DNA of 59,303 bases, filler included, from 6 parts of 6 records of this genome joined end to end with filler, not necessarily neighbours in it, one strand, 5' to 3'. Shown: positions 9,897-20,607, counted from the whole stretch's first letter. Notes: a model not told the origin generated them from the letters alone. Numbers and translations are program-made.

Positions 9897-11264
9897 ATGA
9901 AACTACGTTTGAAAGCCTGCACGGCAGGTCTGGCGCTTGCCATCGGGCTTGGCGCGGGCTCTGCATCCGCGGCTGACCTGAAATTCGCTCCGGGCGAAGG
10001 CCCGTTCAACTGGGACAGCTACAACGCATGGGCTGAGAGCGCGCCTGACCTGAAGGGGCAGACCGTGACGATCGCCGGCCCGTGGCTGCAGCCGGAAGAC
10101 GGCTATTTCCGCAACGTGCTTGCCTATTTCACCGAAGCTACCGGCGCTGAAGTCATCTACACCGGTTCGGATTCCTTCGAACAGCAGATCGTGATTGATG
10201 CAGAAGCCGGCGCCGCACCGAATATCGCTGTCTTCCCGCAGCCGGGCCTTGCCGCCGACATGGCTGCGCGCGGCCTGCTGAAGCCGCTTCCGGAAGGCAT
10301 GGCCGACTGGGTCGCCAACAACTACGGGGCCGGTGAAAGCTGGGTGAACCTCGGCACCTACAAGGATGCCGATGGCCAGGATCAGCTGTTCGGCTTCTTC
10401 TACAACGTCAACGTCAAGAGCCTTGTCTGGTACGTGCCGGAAAACTTCGAGGACGCCGGCTATGAAGTGCCGACGACCATGGAAGAGCTGAAGGCACTGA
10501 CCGAGCAGATCGTTGCCGATGGCGAGACACCCTGGTGTATCGGTCTGGGTTCAGGTGCTGCCACGGGCTGGCCGGCAACCGACTGGGTCGAGGATCTGAT
10601 GCTGCGCACGCAGCCGGCTGACGTCTACGACCAGTGGACCACCAACGAGATCCCCTTTGACGACGAGCGTGTCGTTGCCGCGATCGAGGAATTCGGCTGG
10701 TTCGCACGCGACGATGCCAAGGTCGCGGGCGGCGCGGGAGCCGTTGCTTCCACCGATTTCCGCGACAGCCCGAAGGGTCTCTTCTCCTCGCCGCCGCAGT
10801 GCTACCTGCACCGCCAGGCATCCTTCGTGCCGGCCTTCTTCCCGGATGGCGTCGAGTTCGGCACCGATGTCGACTTCTTCTACTTCCCGGCCTACGCGGA
10901 AAAGGATCTCGGCAGCCCGGTTCTCGGAGGTGGCACGCTGATGGCGATCACCAATCCGTCCGACGCGACCAACGAACTGATGAAGTTCTTCGAACTGCCG
11001 CTCTCGCATGAAGTGATGATGGCCCAGACCGGCTTCCTCACGCCTCACAAGGGTGCCAACCCGGCAGCCTACAAGGACGACACGCTGCGCGGTCAGGGCG
11101 AGATCCTGGTCAATGCCAGCACCTTCCGTTTCGATGGCTCCGACCTGATGCCGGGTGCCGTTGGCGCGGGCACGTTCTGGACCGGAATGGTCGACTATAC
11201 CGGCGGCAAGGACGCAAAAGCCGTCGCCGAGGAAATCCAGAAAAGCTGGGACGCCCTCAAATAA
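9897..11264 (+). CDS. aglE: Alpha-glucoside ABC transporter substrate-binding protein
   Basis: Signal peptide, KSLVWY, PWCIGLGSGAATGWPATDWVED and FRFDGSDLMPG motifs; GGAGG RBS. Confidence 0.88.
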   Translation: MKLRLKACTAGLALAIGLGAGSASAADLKFAPGEGPFNWDSYNAWAESAPDLKGQTVTIAGPWLQPEDGYFRNVLAYFTEATGAEVIYTGSDSFEQQIVIDAEAGAAPNIAVFPQPGLAADMAARGLLKPLPEGMADWVANNYGAGESWVNLGTYKDADGQDQLFGFFYNVNVKSLVWYVPENFEDAGYEVPTTMEELKALTEQIVADGETPWCIGLGSGAATGWPATDWVEDLMLRTQPADVYDQWTTNEIPFDDERVVAAIEEFGWFARDDAKVAGGAGAVASTDFRDSPKGLFSSPPQCYLHRQASFVPAFFPDGVEFGTDVDFFYFPAYAEKDLGSPVLGGGTLMAITNPSDATNELMKFFELPLSHEVMMAQTGFLTPHKGANPAAYKDDTLRGQGEILVNASTFRFDGSDLMPGAVGAGTFWTGMVDYTGGKDAKAVAEEIQKSWDALK

Positions 11265-11271
11265 TCCTCCA

Positions 11272-11303
11272 GGCGGCCGGTCTCCCCAGGGAGGCTGGCC
11301 GTT
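11272..11303 (+). terminator. Intercistronic stem-loop after aglE
   Basis: GGCGGCCGGTCTCC...GGAGGCTGGCCGTT hairpin. Confidence 0.55.
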
Positions 11304-11408
11304 CTTCTGACGGATCGGCGAAAACGTCCAAGAAACAAAGTTCCTAAACGCAGGAAGCCCCCGGTCTTCCGGGTGCCTCCCCATAATCAATAATGGGAGG
11401 GAACGGCC

Positions 11409-11876
11409 ATGCTATCGGACAATCCGGCACTGTTAGGGCTCTTTACCATCGTCGTTGGCGTTGGAGCCTGCCTTGCCTATTTCTTCTTTTCGAATGTCTT
11501 TCTCGACAAGGTCCTGTTTCCGGCGCGCGGCCCCAATGCAGGAAAGAACATCAACCGGGCCAACATGATCCGGCCCTGGCTGTTCCTGTTCCCGGCCTTG
11601 TTCGCGCTGACGCTGTATCTTGCCTATCCGGTCTTCGAGACCTTGCGGCTGTCGCTGACAGACCGCTCCCAGGGAGGGGCCTTTGTCGGCCTTGCCAACT
11701 ATCGCCAGATGATGAACGAGGCGAAGTTCTGGGAAGCGGTGCGCAACAACATGCTGTGGCTGATTGTCGTGCCGGCTGCCTCGACGGCTTTCGGGCTGCT
11801 GGTCGCCCAGCTCACGGACCGGATCAGATGGGGCAACTTCGCCAAGTCGCTGATCTTCATGCCGATGGCGATCTCT
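11409..11876 (+). CDS. aglF: Alpha-glucoside ABC permease (3' truncated)
   Basis: RPWLFLFPAL, FVGLANY, KSLIFMPMAIS. Confidence 0.85.
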
Positions 11877-11976
11877 NNNNNNNNNNNNNNNNNNNNNNNN
11901 NNNNNNNNNNNNNNNNNNNNTTAATTAATTAANNNNNNNNNNNNNNNNNNNNNNNNNNNNNNNNNNNNNNNNNNNN
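11877..11976. other. Artificial contig spacer
   Basis: N-run + TTAATTAATTAA (stops in all six frames) + N-run, 100 nt. Confidence 0.98.
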
Positions 11977-12535
11977 CCACCGCCAGCATGTAGACCGGCG
12001 TCCCGTCCGAGCGCAGCAGCACCATGTCGTCGAGCTGATCGTTGCGGATCGTCACCGTGCCCTGCACCTGATCCTCGATCACCGTCGCGCCGTCCTGCGG
12101 GGTCTTGAGGCGGATCACGAAGGGCGCGTCCGGATGCGTCGCGGGATCGGCGTCGCGCCACGGGCTCTGGAACAGGGTAGAGCGGCCCTCGGCCCGGGCG
12201 GCCTCGCGGAAGGCCTCGATCTCTTCCTGCGTCGAGAAGCACTTGTAGGCCGCGCCCTTGGCGAGCAGCTCCTGCGCCACATCGGCGTGGCGGTCGGCGC
12301 GGTCGAACTGGCTGATCACCTCGCCGTCGTGGTCGAGACCCAGCCAGTCGAGCCCGCGCAGGATCGCCTCCGTCACCTCGGGGGTAGAGCGGGCGCGGTC
12401 GGTGTCCTCGATCCGCAGCAGGAATTTCCCGCCACGGCCCCGGGCGAAGAGCCAGTTGAACAGCGCCGTGCGGGCGCCGCCGATGTGCAGGTAGCCGGTG
12501 GGGGACGGGGCGAAGCGGGTGACGACCTCGGACAT
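11977..12535 (-). CDS. gltX: Glutamate--tRNA ligase (3' truncated)
   Basis: [17 protein letters not shown] (HIGH motif), LRIEDTD. Confidence 0.97.
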
Positions 12536-12543
12536 GAGCTTGG

Positions 12544-12559
12544 TTAACCTTTTCCTAAC
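12544..12559 (+). promoter_or_regulatory. Putative CtrA box upstream of comEC
   Basis: TTAA-CCTTTTC-CTAAC, one mismatch to TTAA-N7-TTAAC, in a very GC-rich context. Confidence 0.55.
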
Positions 12560-12613
12560 GGTGCGGTGCGTAGAGTTGATGCTCTGTAACCAGCCAGATT
12601 TTCAGGGGCAAGC

Positions 12614-14683
12614 ATGGGTGGCGCCCGCGCGATGATCGGTCAGGCCCTGCTCGCGCAGCGGGGATACCTGTTTTCATGGGCGCCCGTAGCCATGGCCTGC
12701 GGCATTGCTCTGTATTTCGGGCTGCGGGTCGAACCGCCGGTCTGGCTGCTCTGGACCTGCGGGGTGCTGTCTCTCGCCGGTCTGGGGCAACGCATTGCGG
12801 GGCCGTATCTCGGCCCGCTTCTGGCCGGCGCGGCGCTGGTCTCTCTGGGTTTCGCGCTCGCGGGGTGGCGGGCCCATCAGGTGGCGGGGCCGGTGCTGGA
12901 TTTCCGGTATTACGGCGCGGTGGAGGGGCGGATCGTGGCCATCGACCGCTCTGCCTCGGACGCCGTGCGGCTGACGCTGGACCGCGTGGTGCTGGAACGC
13001 ATGGCCCCGGCAGAGACGCCGCGCCGGGTCCGGGTGTCGATGCATGGCGAGCAGCGCTGGCTGACGCCGGAACCGGGTGCGACGGTGATCCTGACCGGCC
13101 ACCTCTCGCCGCCCGGTGGCGCGGTGGAGCCGGGCGGCTTCGATTTCCGCCGGCACTCGTGGTTCCTCGGCCTTGGGGGCGTCGGCTATACCCGCAACCC
13201 GGTCCTGCTGCTGGAGCCGCCGGGCGAGGGGCTGTGGATCGCCAAGGCCCGCATGTGGCTCTCGGCCCGCGTGCAGGCGGCGCTGCCGGGCGAGACGGGG
13301 GCCTTCGCCGCCGCCATCATGACCGGGGATCGCGCGGGCATGGGTCAGGACACGCTGCAGGCGCTGCGGGATTCGAACCTTGCGCATCTTCTGGCGATTT
13401 CCGGTCTTCACATGGGGCTGCTGGCGGGCTTCGTCTTCACCTCGCTGCGGCTGGGGCTGCTGCTGCACCCGGTCAGCCGCCACCACTGGCCGGTCAAGAA
13501 GCTCGCGGCGGGCGGCGCCCTGATCGCGGCGGCGGGCTATCTTGGCCTGTCGGGCGGCAACGTCGCCACGGAACGCGCCTTCATCATGGCCGCCGCCGCG
13601 CTCTGCGCCACCATGCTGGACCGCCGCGCGATCAGCCTGCGCAGCGTGGCCATCGCGGCGCTGGTGGTGCTGGTGCTCCGCCCCGAGGCGCTGCTGGGCC
13701 CCGGCTTCCAGATGTCCTTCGCGGCGACCACGGCACTGGTCGCGGTCTTCGAGCGCTTCAGCCAGATGCAGAGGAAGCGTCGCCTGCCGAGATGGCTGGC
13801 GCCGGTGGTTTCGGTCGTCGTCTCCTCCGCCGTGGCGGGGGCGGCGACCGGCCCGGTGGGCATGGCGCATTTCAACCAGATGGCGCAATACGGGCTGCTC
13901 GCCAACCTGATCTCGGTGCCGGTCATGGGCATTCTCGTCGTGCCGATGGCGGTGGTCGCGGCGCTGCTGATGCCGCTCGGCCTCGACGGGGTGGCGCTGG
14001 CGGTCATGGCGCTGGGGCTGGACTGGATCCTCGCCGTCGCGCACACCGTCGCCGGGTGGGAGGGCGCGACCCGCCCGGTCGTCGCCCCGATGCCCGCCGT
14101 CCTGCCGCTGCTCGCCATCGGCGGGCTGATCCTCTGCCTGTGGCGGGGGCGGGGGCGGCTTGCGGGGCTGGCCCCCATGGCGCTCGGCGCCGTCCTCTGG
14201 ACCCAGAGCGAGCGGCCGGCGGTCCTGATCGCCGACAGCGGCACCCTCGTCGGCGTCATGACGGAGACGGGACGCGGCCTGTCCCGCGCGCGGGGCTCGG
14301 GCTTCATCGCCGGTACATGGCTGGAAAACGACGGTCGGGGCGGGACGCAGGAAAGCGCCGCCGCGCTGTGGCCGGGCGAGACGGAAGCCCGGCGCGCGGT
14401 GGCTCAAGCGGGCGGCCTGACGATCCTTCACCTGCAGGGCAAACGGGCCGCCGCGGGTTTCGACCGCTGCGCGGCGGATGAGGTGGTGGTCTCCTCCGAG
14501 GATATCGCCCCGCGCGGCGGCTGCCATGTCTTCGACCCCGCCCGCCTGCGCGACAGCGGTTCGGTCGCGATCTGGCTGCACCCCGAGGGACCACGGCTGG
14601 TCACCGATGCAGAGATGTCGGGGCACCGGCTCTGGAGCCCGCCGCGCCGGACCAAGGACGTCCGCTTCGCCTCGAAGGACTGA
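12614..14683 (+). CDS. comEC: ComEC/Rec2 DNA uptake channel
   Basis: PGGFDFRR, HLLAISGLHM, GFQMSFAA, many TM segments. Confidence 0.95.
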   Translation: MGGARAMIGQALLAQRGYLFSWAPVAMACGIALYFGLRVEPPVWLLWTCGVLSLAGLGQRIAGPYLGPLLAGAALVSLGFALAGWRAHQVAGPVLDFRYYGAVEGRIVAIDRSASDAVRLTLDRVVLERMAPAETPRRVRVSMHGEQRWLTPEPGATVILTGHLSPPGGAVEPGGFDFRRHSWFLGLGGVGYTRNPVLLLEPPGEGLWIAKARMWLSARVQAALPGETGAFAAAIMTGDRAGMGQDTLQALRDSNLAHLLAISGLHMGLLAGFVFTSLRLGLLLHPVSRHHWPVKKLAAGGALIAAAGYLGLSGGNVATERAFIMAAAALCATMLDRRAISLRSVAIAALVVLVLRPEALLGPGFQMSFAATTALVAVFERFSQMQRKRRLPRWLAPVVSVVVSSAVAGAATGPVGMAHFNQMAQYGLLANLISVPVMGILVVPMAVVAALLMPLGLDGVALAVMALGLDWILAVAHTVAGWEGATRPVVAPMPAVLPLLAIGGLILCLWRGRGRLAGLAPMALGAVLWTQSERPAVLIADSGTLVGVMTETGRGLSRARGSGFIAGTWLENDGRGGTQESAAALWPGETEARRAVAQAGGLTILHLQGKRAAAGFDRCAADEVVVSSEDIAPRGGCHVFDPARLRDSGSVAIWLHPEGPRLVTDAEMSGHRLWSPPRRTKDVRFASKD

Positions 14684-14810
14684 CGCCCGGGCGCGGGTCG
14701 GAGCGAGGCCGAAAGCGATGCCTCCGTATCCGACGCCTGTGACCGGAGCGTCCCCGGACGGTCCGGCAACCGCCACCGGCCGTGCCGTCGCTCGGCCGTC
14801 AGGCAGTCGC

Positions 14811-15506
14811 TCAGTAGGTGCGGATCAACCCGACGAGCCGACCCTGCACGGTCACGGCGCCACGCGGCAGAACCCGCGGCTCATAGGCCGGGTTCGCCGC
14901 CTCGAGCACGATCATCTCGCCCTTGCGGCGGAACCGCTTCAGCGTTGCCTCGTAGCCCTCGATCTGGGCGACGACGATATCGCCCTCCGTCGCTTCGGAG
15001 GTTTCGCGGATCACCACCACGTCGCCGTCGTTGATCCCGGCGTCGATCATGGAGTCGCCCTTGACCTCCAGCGCGTAATGCCGGCCTTGGCCGCGCAGCA
15101 TCTGGCCGGGCACGGCGATGCCGGGGGCGGGATCGTTGATCGCCTCGATCGGCAGGCCCGCGGCGATGCGCCCGACGATCGGCAATTCGGAAACGTCGAG
15201 GTTCGCGAACTCCATGGCGCCGGAGGGCAGGGTGTCCGGCCGGTCGCCGTCGATGACCCGGGGCGTGAAGCCCCCCGGCTGCCCCCCGAGGCTTTCGGGC
15301 AGCTTGACGATTTCGATGGCGCGGGCGCGGTGGGCGAGGCGGCGGATGAACCCACGCTCTTCAAGGGCGGTGATCAGGCGGTGGATGCCGGACTTGGATC
15401 GCAGGTCGAGCGCGTCCTTCATCTCGTCGAAACTGGGGGGAACCCCATCGCGCATCATGCGCTTGTTGATGAACTCAAGAAGGTCCAACTGTTTTCTGGT
15501 CAGCAT
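14811..15506 (-). CDS. lexA: SOS repressor LexA
   Basis: MLTRKQ...[28 protein letters not shown] cleavage site, GDSM serine, ATLKR lysine. Confidence 0.97.
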   Translation of the reverse strand: MLTRKQLDLLEFINKRMMRDGVPPSFDEMKDALDLRSKSGIHRLITALEERGFIRRLAHRARAIEIVKLPESLGGQPGGFTPRVIDGDRPDTLPSGAMEFANLDVSELPIVGRIAAGLPIEAINDPAPGIAVPGQMLRGQGRHYALEVKGDSMIDAGINDGDVVVIRETSEATEGDIVVAQIEGYEATLKRFRRKGEMIVLEAANPAYEPRVLPRGAVTVQGRLVGLIRTY

Positions 15507-15533
15507 CCATCCACCCCTTGCCGGTTGCGGGAT

Positions 15534-15548
15534 GTTCTACGGGTGTTC
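15534..15548. promoter_or_regulatory. Alphaproteobacterial SOS box (LexA autoregulation)
   Basis: GTTC-TACGGGT-GTTC = GTTC-N7-GTTC, about 30 nt upstream of lexA. Confidence 0.85.
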
Positions 15549-15645
15549 CCGTTTTGTGTCAACCATTTCGCGGCCCCGTTGGCGCCGGGGGCAAATTTCT
15601 TCGAAGAAATTTCGGAAACTCATCCATGAGTTTCCGGCGCCCGTG

Positions 15646-16815
15646 TCACCCGAGCGGCAGGTAGTCGACGGTTTCGCAGATGGCGCGGGCCGGATCGCCT
15701 GCGGGCCGGATGAGCAGGGCATCGGCCTCGCCGAGCACGCTCAGAAGGCTCGAATCCTGTCGGCCGAGCGCGCGGATTCCCTCGGGACCGAGGCGTGCGC
15801 GCATGTAGTGCTCGCGCGGGCCGTTGGCATCGAGCGGTGCGGCGAGGGGGGCCGAGCGGCGCGCGGCGGGGGCGGCGGCAAGGCCGAGCATCGCGCGGAT
15901 CACCGGCGCCACGAATACATGGCCGCAAACCATGGCTGAGACCGGGTTTCCCGGCAGCCCGATCATCATCGAGCGGCCGAACCGCCCGGACATCAGCGGC
16001 TTGCCGGGCCGCATGGCGACCTTGTGAAAGGCCTGCTCCATGCCAAGCTCCGCCAGCACCGGCGCCACCAGATCGTGGTCGCCGACCGAGGCGCCGCCAA
16101 CGGTCACCACGAGGTCGGCGTCGTCCACGAGGCCGAAGACCGACGTCAGGGCCTCGCGATTGTCGCGGGCAATCGGAAGCATCCGGGGTTGCGCCCCGAG
16201 ATCCCTCAGCAAGGCGGCCAGCCCGAAGGTGTTCGAGACGATGATCTGGTCGGGGCCGGGGGTTTCGCCCGGCATGACCAGCTCGTCCCCGGTGGAGATC
16301 AGCGCGACGCGGGGTTGCCGGGTGACCCAGACCTCGGGGATGTTCATGGCCGCCAGCAGGGCGATGTCCGACGGGGTCAGGCGCCTTGGCGCGGGGATCG
16401 AGGCGCCGGCGCGGAAGTCGCAGCCGGCGGCGCGGATATGGTCCGACCCGTCGAGCCGCTCTCCCACCACGATGCGATCGCCGTCCCGGGTCACGTCCTC
16501 CTGGATCACGACGCGGGTGGCGCCGTCGGGCAGGGGGGCTCCGGTGAAGATGCGCACGGCCTGCCCGGGCCCGACCGGCCCGTCGAAGCGGTGGCCCGCG
16601 GCGCTTTCCCCGATCACTGTCAGCACCGCGCCCGGCGCCGCCGCGGTCACGGCGTAGCCGTCCATCGCGGAGGCGGCGAAGGGGGGCTGGTCGCGCCGGG
16701 CGACCGCCTCGCGCGCGAGCACCCGGCCCGAGGCCTGCGCCAGCGGCACCACCTCGGGGTCCAGCGGGCGGGCGAGGGCAAAGAGGCGGTCGAGCGCTTC
16801 GGTGACGGTGATCAT
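15646..16815 (-). CDS. moeA: Molybdopterin molybdotransferase
   Basis: SAMDGYAV, RIFTGAPLP, STGDEL, GGASVGDHD, MRPGKP, GLPGNPVS; start taken at MITVTEAL. Confidence 0.95.
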   Translation of the reverse strand: MITVTEALDRLFALARPLDPEVVPLAQASGRVLAREAVARRDQPPFAASAMDGYAVTAAAPGAVLTVIGESAAGHRFDGPVGPGQAVRIFTGAPLPDGATRVVIQEDVTRDGDRIVVGERLDGSDHIRAAGCDFRAGASIPAPRRLTPSDIALLAAMNIPEVWVTRQPRVALISTGDELVMPGETPGPDQIIVSNTFGLAALLRDLGAQPRMLPIARDNREALTSVFGLVDDADLVVTVGGASVGDHDLVAPVLAELGMEQAFHKVAMRPGKPLMSGRFGRSMMIGLPGNPVSAMVCGHVFVAPVIRAMLGLAAAPAARRSAPLAAPLDANGPREHYMRARLGPEGIRALGRQDSSLLSVLGEADALLIRPAGDPARAICETVDYLPLG

Positions 16816-16820
16816 GGACG

Positions 16821-17294
16821 TCAGGCCTCGTAGCGGCCCGATTTGCCGCCGTCCTTCAGGGTCACGCGGATGCCGCCGATCTCCATCGCCTTGTCCACCG
16901 CCTTGACCATGTCGTAGACGGTCAGCGCGGCGGTCGAGACGGCGGTCAGCGCCTCCATCTCGACGCCGGTCTGGCCCGTGGTCTTGACGGTGGCCGTGAT
17001 CCTGAGGCCCGGCAGCTCCGGGTCGGCCTGCAGGTCGACCGAGACCTTGGTGACCGGCAGCGGATGACACAGCGGGATCAGCTCGGGCGTCTTCTTTGCA
17101 CCCATGATGCCCGCCAGCCGCGCGACGCCGATCACGTCGCCTTTCTTGGCGCGGCCCTCTGTGATCATCGCGAAGGTCTCGGGCGCCATGCGGACCCAGC
17201 CCTCGGCGGTGGCGATGCGCGCGGTCACGGGTTTGTCCGAAACATCGACCATATGGGCGTTGCCCTGCTCGTCGAAGTGGGTGAGCCCGCTCAT
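16821..17294 (-). CDS. moaC: Cyclic pyranopterin monophosphate synthase
   Basis: LTHFD...[34 protein letters not shown]. Confidence 0.97.
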   Translation of the reverse strand: MSGLTHFDEQGNAHMVDVSDKPVTARIATAEGWVRMAPETFAMITEGRAKKGDVIGVARLAGIMGAKKTPELIPLCHPLPVTKVSVDLQADPELPGLRITATVKTTGQTGVEMEALTAVSTAALTVYDMVKAVDKAMEIGGIRVTLKDGGKSGRYEA

Positions 17295-17372
17295 GCCGGC
17301 ACCGGGTCGGCGAGCAGCCTCCGGGTGGCCTCTGCCACGTCGTCCTGCCGCATCAGGCTTTCGCCGATCAGG
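17291..17372 (-). CDS. trpC: Indole-3-glycerol phosphate synthase, C-terminal fragment
   Basis: Translates to [30 protein letters not shown] overlap with moaC. Confidence 0.85.
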
Positions 17373-17472
17373 NNNNNNNNNNNNNNNNNNNNNNNNNNNN
17401 NNNNNNNNNNNNNNNNTTAATTAATTAANNNNNNNNNNNNNNNNNNNNNNNNNNNNNNNNNNNNNNNNNNNN
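17373..17472. other. Artificial contig spacer
   Basis: N-run + TTAATTAATTAA + N-run. Confidence 0.98.
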
Positions 17473-17905
17473 AAAAGGCATCGTTGCAATAGACATCGCC
17501 CAGCCCGGACAGGCGGCGGGCAAATTCCTGATCATTGGCCTCTTCGCCGGGATAGAACCGGATGTTCTCCAAAAGCAGCACATCTGCCGCGTCGGCCTCT
17601 GCCGTCAGGTTCTCCGCACCTTCCAGCGTTTCGATCAATACAACCTTGCGGCCTAGCGCATCGTTCAACGCGGGCAGCACCTGCGCAAGGCTCATCTCAA
17701 GGTTCACGCGGCCCTTGGGGCGGCCAAAGTGGGCGATCAGCATCGGTTTGCCGCCTTTGGCCAGAATATCGGTGATTGTCGGAACGATACGTTCAATCCG
17801 CGTGGCATCTGTGACCACGCCATTTTCCACCGGAACATTGATATCCACCCGCACCAGCACCCGTTTGCCTGACAATTCCATGTCATCCAGCGATTTCCAG
17901 CCCAT
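17473..17905 (-). CDS. pgk: Phosphoglycerate kinase (3' truncated)
   Basis: [32 protein letters not shown]. Confidence 0.97.
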
Positions 17906-18029
17906 GTGATACTCCTGCCTTTGGTTTGGCCCCGTGTTTTGCCTTTCTGGGGCCTCAGGTCAATGCAGCAGCTTGGCAATTGCGCTTATCCAACCTAGTT
18001 AGAGGCAAACCAGTTTAAAGGAGCGCGGC

Positions 18030-18536
18030 ATGGCCGAGATCAAAGACCCAGAAAACACCATCCTGATGGAGCTCAAAGGCGGCACTGTCGTTATCGAGCT
18101 GTTGCCCAAGGTGGCCCCAAAGCACGTAGAGCGGATGAAAGAACTGACCCGCGCGGGCAAATACGACAACGTGGCCTTTCACCGGGTGATCGACGGCTTC
18201 ATGGCTCAGACCGGCGATGTGGAACACGGCAACATCGAAAAAGATTTCAACCTGCGCATGGCAGGCACGGGCGGCTCCGATCTGGGCAATGTTCCGGCGG
18301 AATTCTCCAAGGTGCCGCATGCGCGCGGCTCCATCGGCGCAGCGCGGTCTGCCAATCCAGACAGCGCCAACAGCCAGTTCTTCATCAACTTCAAAGACAA
18401 TGATTTCCTCAACGGTCAATACACCGTCTACGGTCAGGTCATCTCGGGCATGGAACATGTCGATGCGATCAAACGCGGTGAGCCAGCACCGGAGCCGGAC
18501 CGCATGATCAGCATGAAGGTGGCCGCAGATGCGTAA
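18030..18536 (+). CDS. Cyclophilin-type peptidyl-prolyl isomerase (cytoplasmic)
   Basis: FHRVIDGFMAQTGD, SANSQFFI, LNGQYTVYG. Confidence 0.95.
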   Translation: MAEIKDPENTILMELKGGTVVIELLPKVAPKHVERMKELTRAGKYDNVAFHRVIDGFMAQTGDVEHGNIEKDFNLRMAGTGGSDLGNVPAEFSKVPHARGSIGAARSANPDSANSQFFINFKDNDFLNGQYTVYGQVISGMEHVDAIKRGEPAPEPDRMISMKVAADA

Positions 18537-19083
18537 GCTGATTGCAGGCGCTTTTGCCGCTGCCCTGATGGGCACGGCGGCAGGGGCCACCGGCCTCAAG
18601 ATCGAGATCGAGGGCGAGGCCAACGGCACCGTGATGATTGATCTGCTTGAGGACGTCGCACCACAGCATGTGGCGCGGATCACCGCCCTGGCCGAGGCCG
18701 GTGCTTATGACGGCGTTGTGTTTCACCGGGTGATTGACGGCTTTATGGCGCAGACCGGTGACGTGCAGTTTGGCCGGGAAGGCAGTGATCTGGGCCGTGC
18801 GGGCATGGGCGGCTCTGACATGCCGGATGTGCCGGCGGAGTTTTCCGATGTGCCCTATGACAAGGGCGTTGTGGGCATGGCCCGCAGCCAGAACCCCAAC
18901 AGCGCAAACAGCCAGTTCTTTATCATGTTTGACGCCGGTCACTTCCTCAATGGGCAATACACCGTTGTGGGCCGTGTGACCGAAGGGCAGGACGTGGTGG
19001 ATGCGATCAAACGCGGCACCGGCGGCAATGGCGCTGTGGTTGGCACGCCCGATCTGATGCGCAAGGTGACGGTGACGGAGTAA
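18529..19083 (+). CDS. Cyclophilin-type peptidyl-prolyl isomerase (exported)
   Basis: Signal peptide plus FHRVIDGFMAQTGD and SANSQFFI. Confidence 0.95.
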   Translation: MRKLIAGAFAAALMGTAAGATGLKIEIEGEANGTVMIDLLEDVAPQHVARITALAEAGAYDGVVFHRVIDGFMAQTGDVQFGREGSDLGRAGMGGSDMPDVPAEFSDVPYDKGVVGMARSQNPNSANSQFFIMFDAGHFLNGQYTVVGRVTEGQDVVDAIKRGTGGNGAVVGTPDLMRKVTVTE

Positions 19084-19161
19084 CCTCCGCCGGACATCAT
19101 CACCGATCAAGTTTGCGTGGGGCCTGCTGGATTGCGGGCCCCATTTGCGTCAGGGTAGGGC

Positions 19162-20130
19162 ATGCTGAAAACCCTGATCACCGCCCTCGCTTTATGCCTG
19201 TCTCTGGTCGCTGCCCATGCCAGCCCCGAGTTTTGGCGCAATGAGTGGCCCGATACCGATTTCGAAAACACCACTGTGGACAGCTGGGCCGAGATCCTGT
19301 CTGGCGGACCGCCCAAAGATGGTATTCCGGCGCTGGATGGCCCGCAGTTCGTTCATGCCGACAAAGAAACCCGGATCGCGGACCGCGAGCCGGTGATCAC
19401 GCTGGCGCTGGACGGGCATCCGGCGCGGGCTTATCCGATCCGTTACCTCACGTGGCATGAGATCGTGAACGACCGCATTGGCGGCGCCCCCGTGACGGTG
19501 ACCTTCTGCCCGCTGTGCAATTCGGCCATGGTGTTTGATGGCCGCGTGCAGGGGCGGGTTCTGACCTTTGGGGTCACAGGCAAGCTGCGCAATTCGGATA
19601 TGGTGATGTATGACCGCGAAACCCAAAGCTGGTGGCAACAGGCCCAGGGCATCGGCATCGTGGGTGAAATGACCGGCACAGAGCTGCGCCAATTGCCAAG
19701 CTGGATGGAAAGCTGGGCCGACTTTAAGGCCGCACATCCCCAAGGTCTGGTGATGGCCGAGCCGAGCTATCCGCGCGACTATGGCCGCAACCCCTATCGT
19801 GGGTATGACAGCCTGACGCGGCCCTTCCTATATTCCGGTGATCCGCCGCCCCATGGCATTCCTGCGCTGGAACGGGTGGTGAGGGTCGGCAACCGCGCCT
19901 GGCCTCTGACACGGCTGGCCGAAGCGGAGCAGGTGACAGAGGCTGGCGTAACGATCCGCTGGCGGGCCGGTCAGGCCTCCGCCCTCGACAGTGGTCAAAT
20001 CGCCAAGGGCCGCGATGTGGGCAGCATCCGTGTGCAAGACGGGCAGGGGCGTGATCTGGCCCATGACGTGATGTTCGCCTTTGCCTTTCACGCGTTCTGG
20101 CCGGATGGCACCTGGATGCTGGGGCGATAG
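19162..20130 (+). CDS. DUF3179-family exported protein
   Basis: SGGPPKDGIPA, WHEIVND, TFCPLCNS, GKLRNSDMVMYDRET. Confidence 0.85.
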   Translation: MLKTLITALALCLSLVAAHASPEFWRNEWPDTDFENTTVDSWAEILSGGPPKDGIPALDGPQFVHADKETRIADREPVITLALDGHPARAYPIRYLTWHEIVNDRIGGAPVTVTFCPLCNSAMVFDGRVQGRVLTFGVTGKLRNSDMVMYDRETQSWWQQAQGIGIVGEMTGTELRQLPSWMESWADFKAAHPQGLVMAEPSYPRDYGRNPYRGYDSLTRPFLYSGDPPPHGIPALERVVRVGNRAWPLTRLAEAEQVTEAGVTIRWRAGQASALDSGQIAKGRDVGSIRVQDGQGRDLAHDVMFAFAFHAFWPDGTWMLGR

Positions 20131-20162
20131 GGGCGCAGGCCCGGCCCGCGCGCCCTCTATCC

Positions 20163-20519
20163 CTAGTCAGCAAAGCAAAGCTTGTTGCCGTCAAGATCCC
20201 GTACATAGGCCGAAAACTTTGGGCCGCGCTGGCCCGGCGCACCTTCACATGTGCCGCCAAGCTCAAGCGCCAGGGCATGTAGACGTCTGACCTCGGCCTG
20301 ATTGCCAACGTCAAAGCCAATCATCGTGCCATTGCCGCGGGTCGCGGGCTGTGTGTCAAAGGGGATCGCGGCGGCAAAAGCGTACCCTTTACCAAGCCAA
20401 TAGGTCATTCTGTCCGATGGCGACATGCTGTGCAGACCCGCCTCTGAGAACAGGGCGTCATAGAACATTTTGGCGGCGGTCAGATCGTTGGTGCCAACGA
20501 CAGCGTAGTTCAGTTTCAT
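20163..20519 (-). CDS. VOC/glyoxalase family protein
   Basis: VGTNDL..AKMFYD, GNGTMIGF, GGTCEGAPGQR, AYVRDLDGNKL. Confidence 0.9.
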   Translation of the reverse strand: MKLNYAVVGTNDLTAAKMFYDALFSEAGLHSMSPSDRMTYWLGKGYAFAAAIPFDTQPATRGNGTMIGFDVGNQAEVRRLHALALELGGTCEGAPGQRGPKFSAYVRDLDGNKLCFAD

Positions 20520-20577
20520 AGATCATTTCCTTGTTGCAGGCGCGGTGCAATCGCGGCCTGCGGAGATCCATATTGCT

Positions 20578-20602
20578 AAATAGGACAGTTTGTGTCCTAT
20601 TT
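20578..20602. promoter_or_regulatory. WYL-regulator operator (perfect inverted repeat)
   Basis: AAATAGGACA-GTTTG-TGTCCTATTT between the divergent VOC and WYL genes. Confidence 0.75.
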
Positions 20603-20607
20603 GTGTG

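Noticed and set aside
12674..14776. 700-aa and 601-aa ORFs overlapping comEC
   Set aside because: Antisense and off-frame artefacts of high GC content, with no motifs.
18030..19083. Tandem cyclophilin duplication as a novelty
   Set aside because: Paired cyclophilins are a common alphaproteobacterial arrangement.
19162..20130. Possible selenoprotein (DUF3179 family)
   Set aside because: The CxxC motif is encoded by Cys codons and there is no in-frame TGA.
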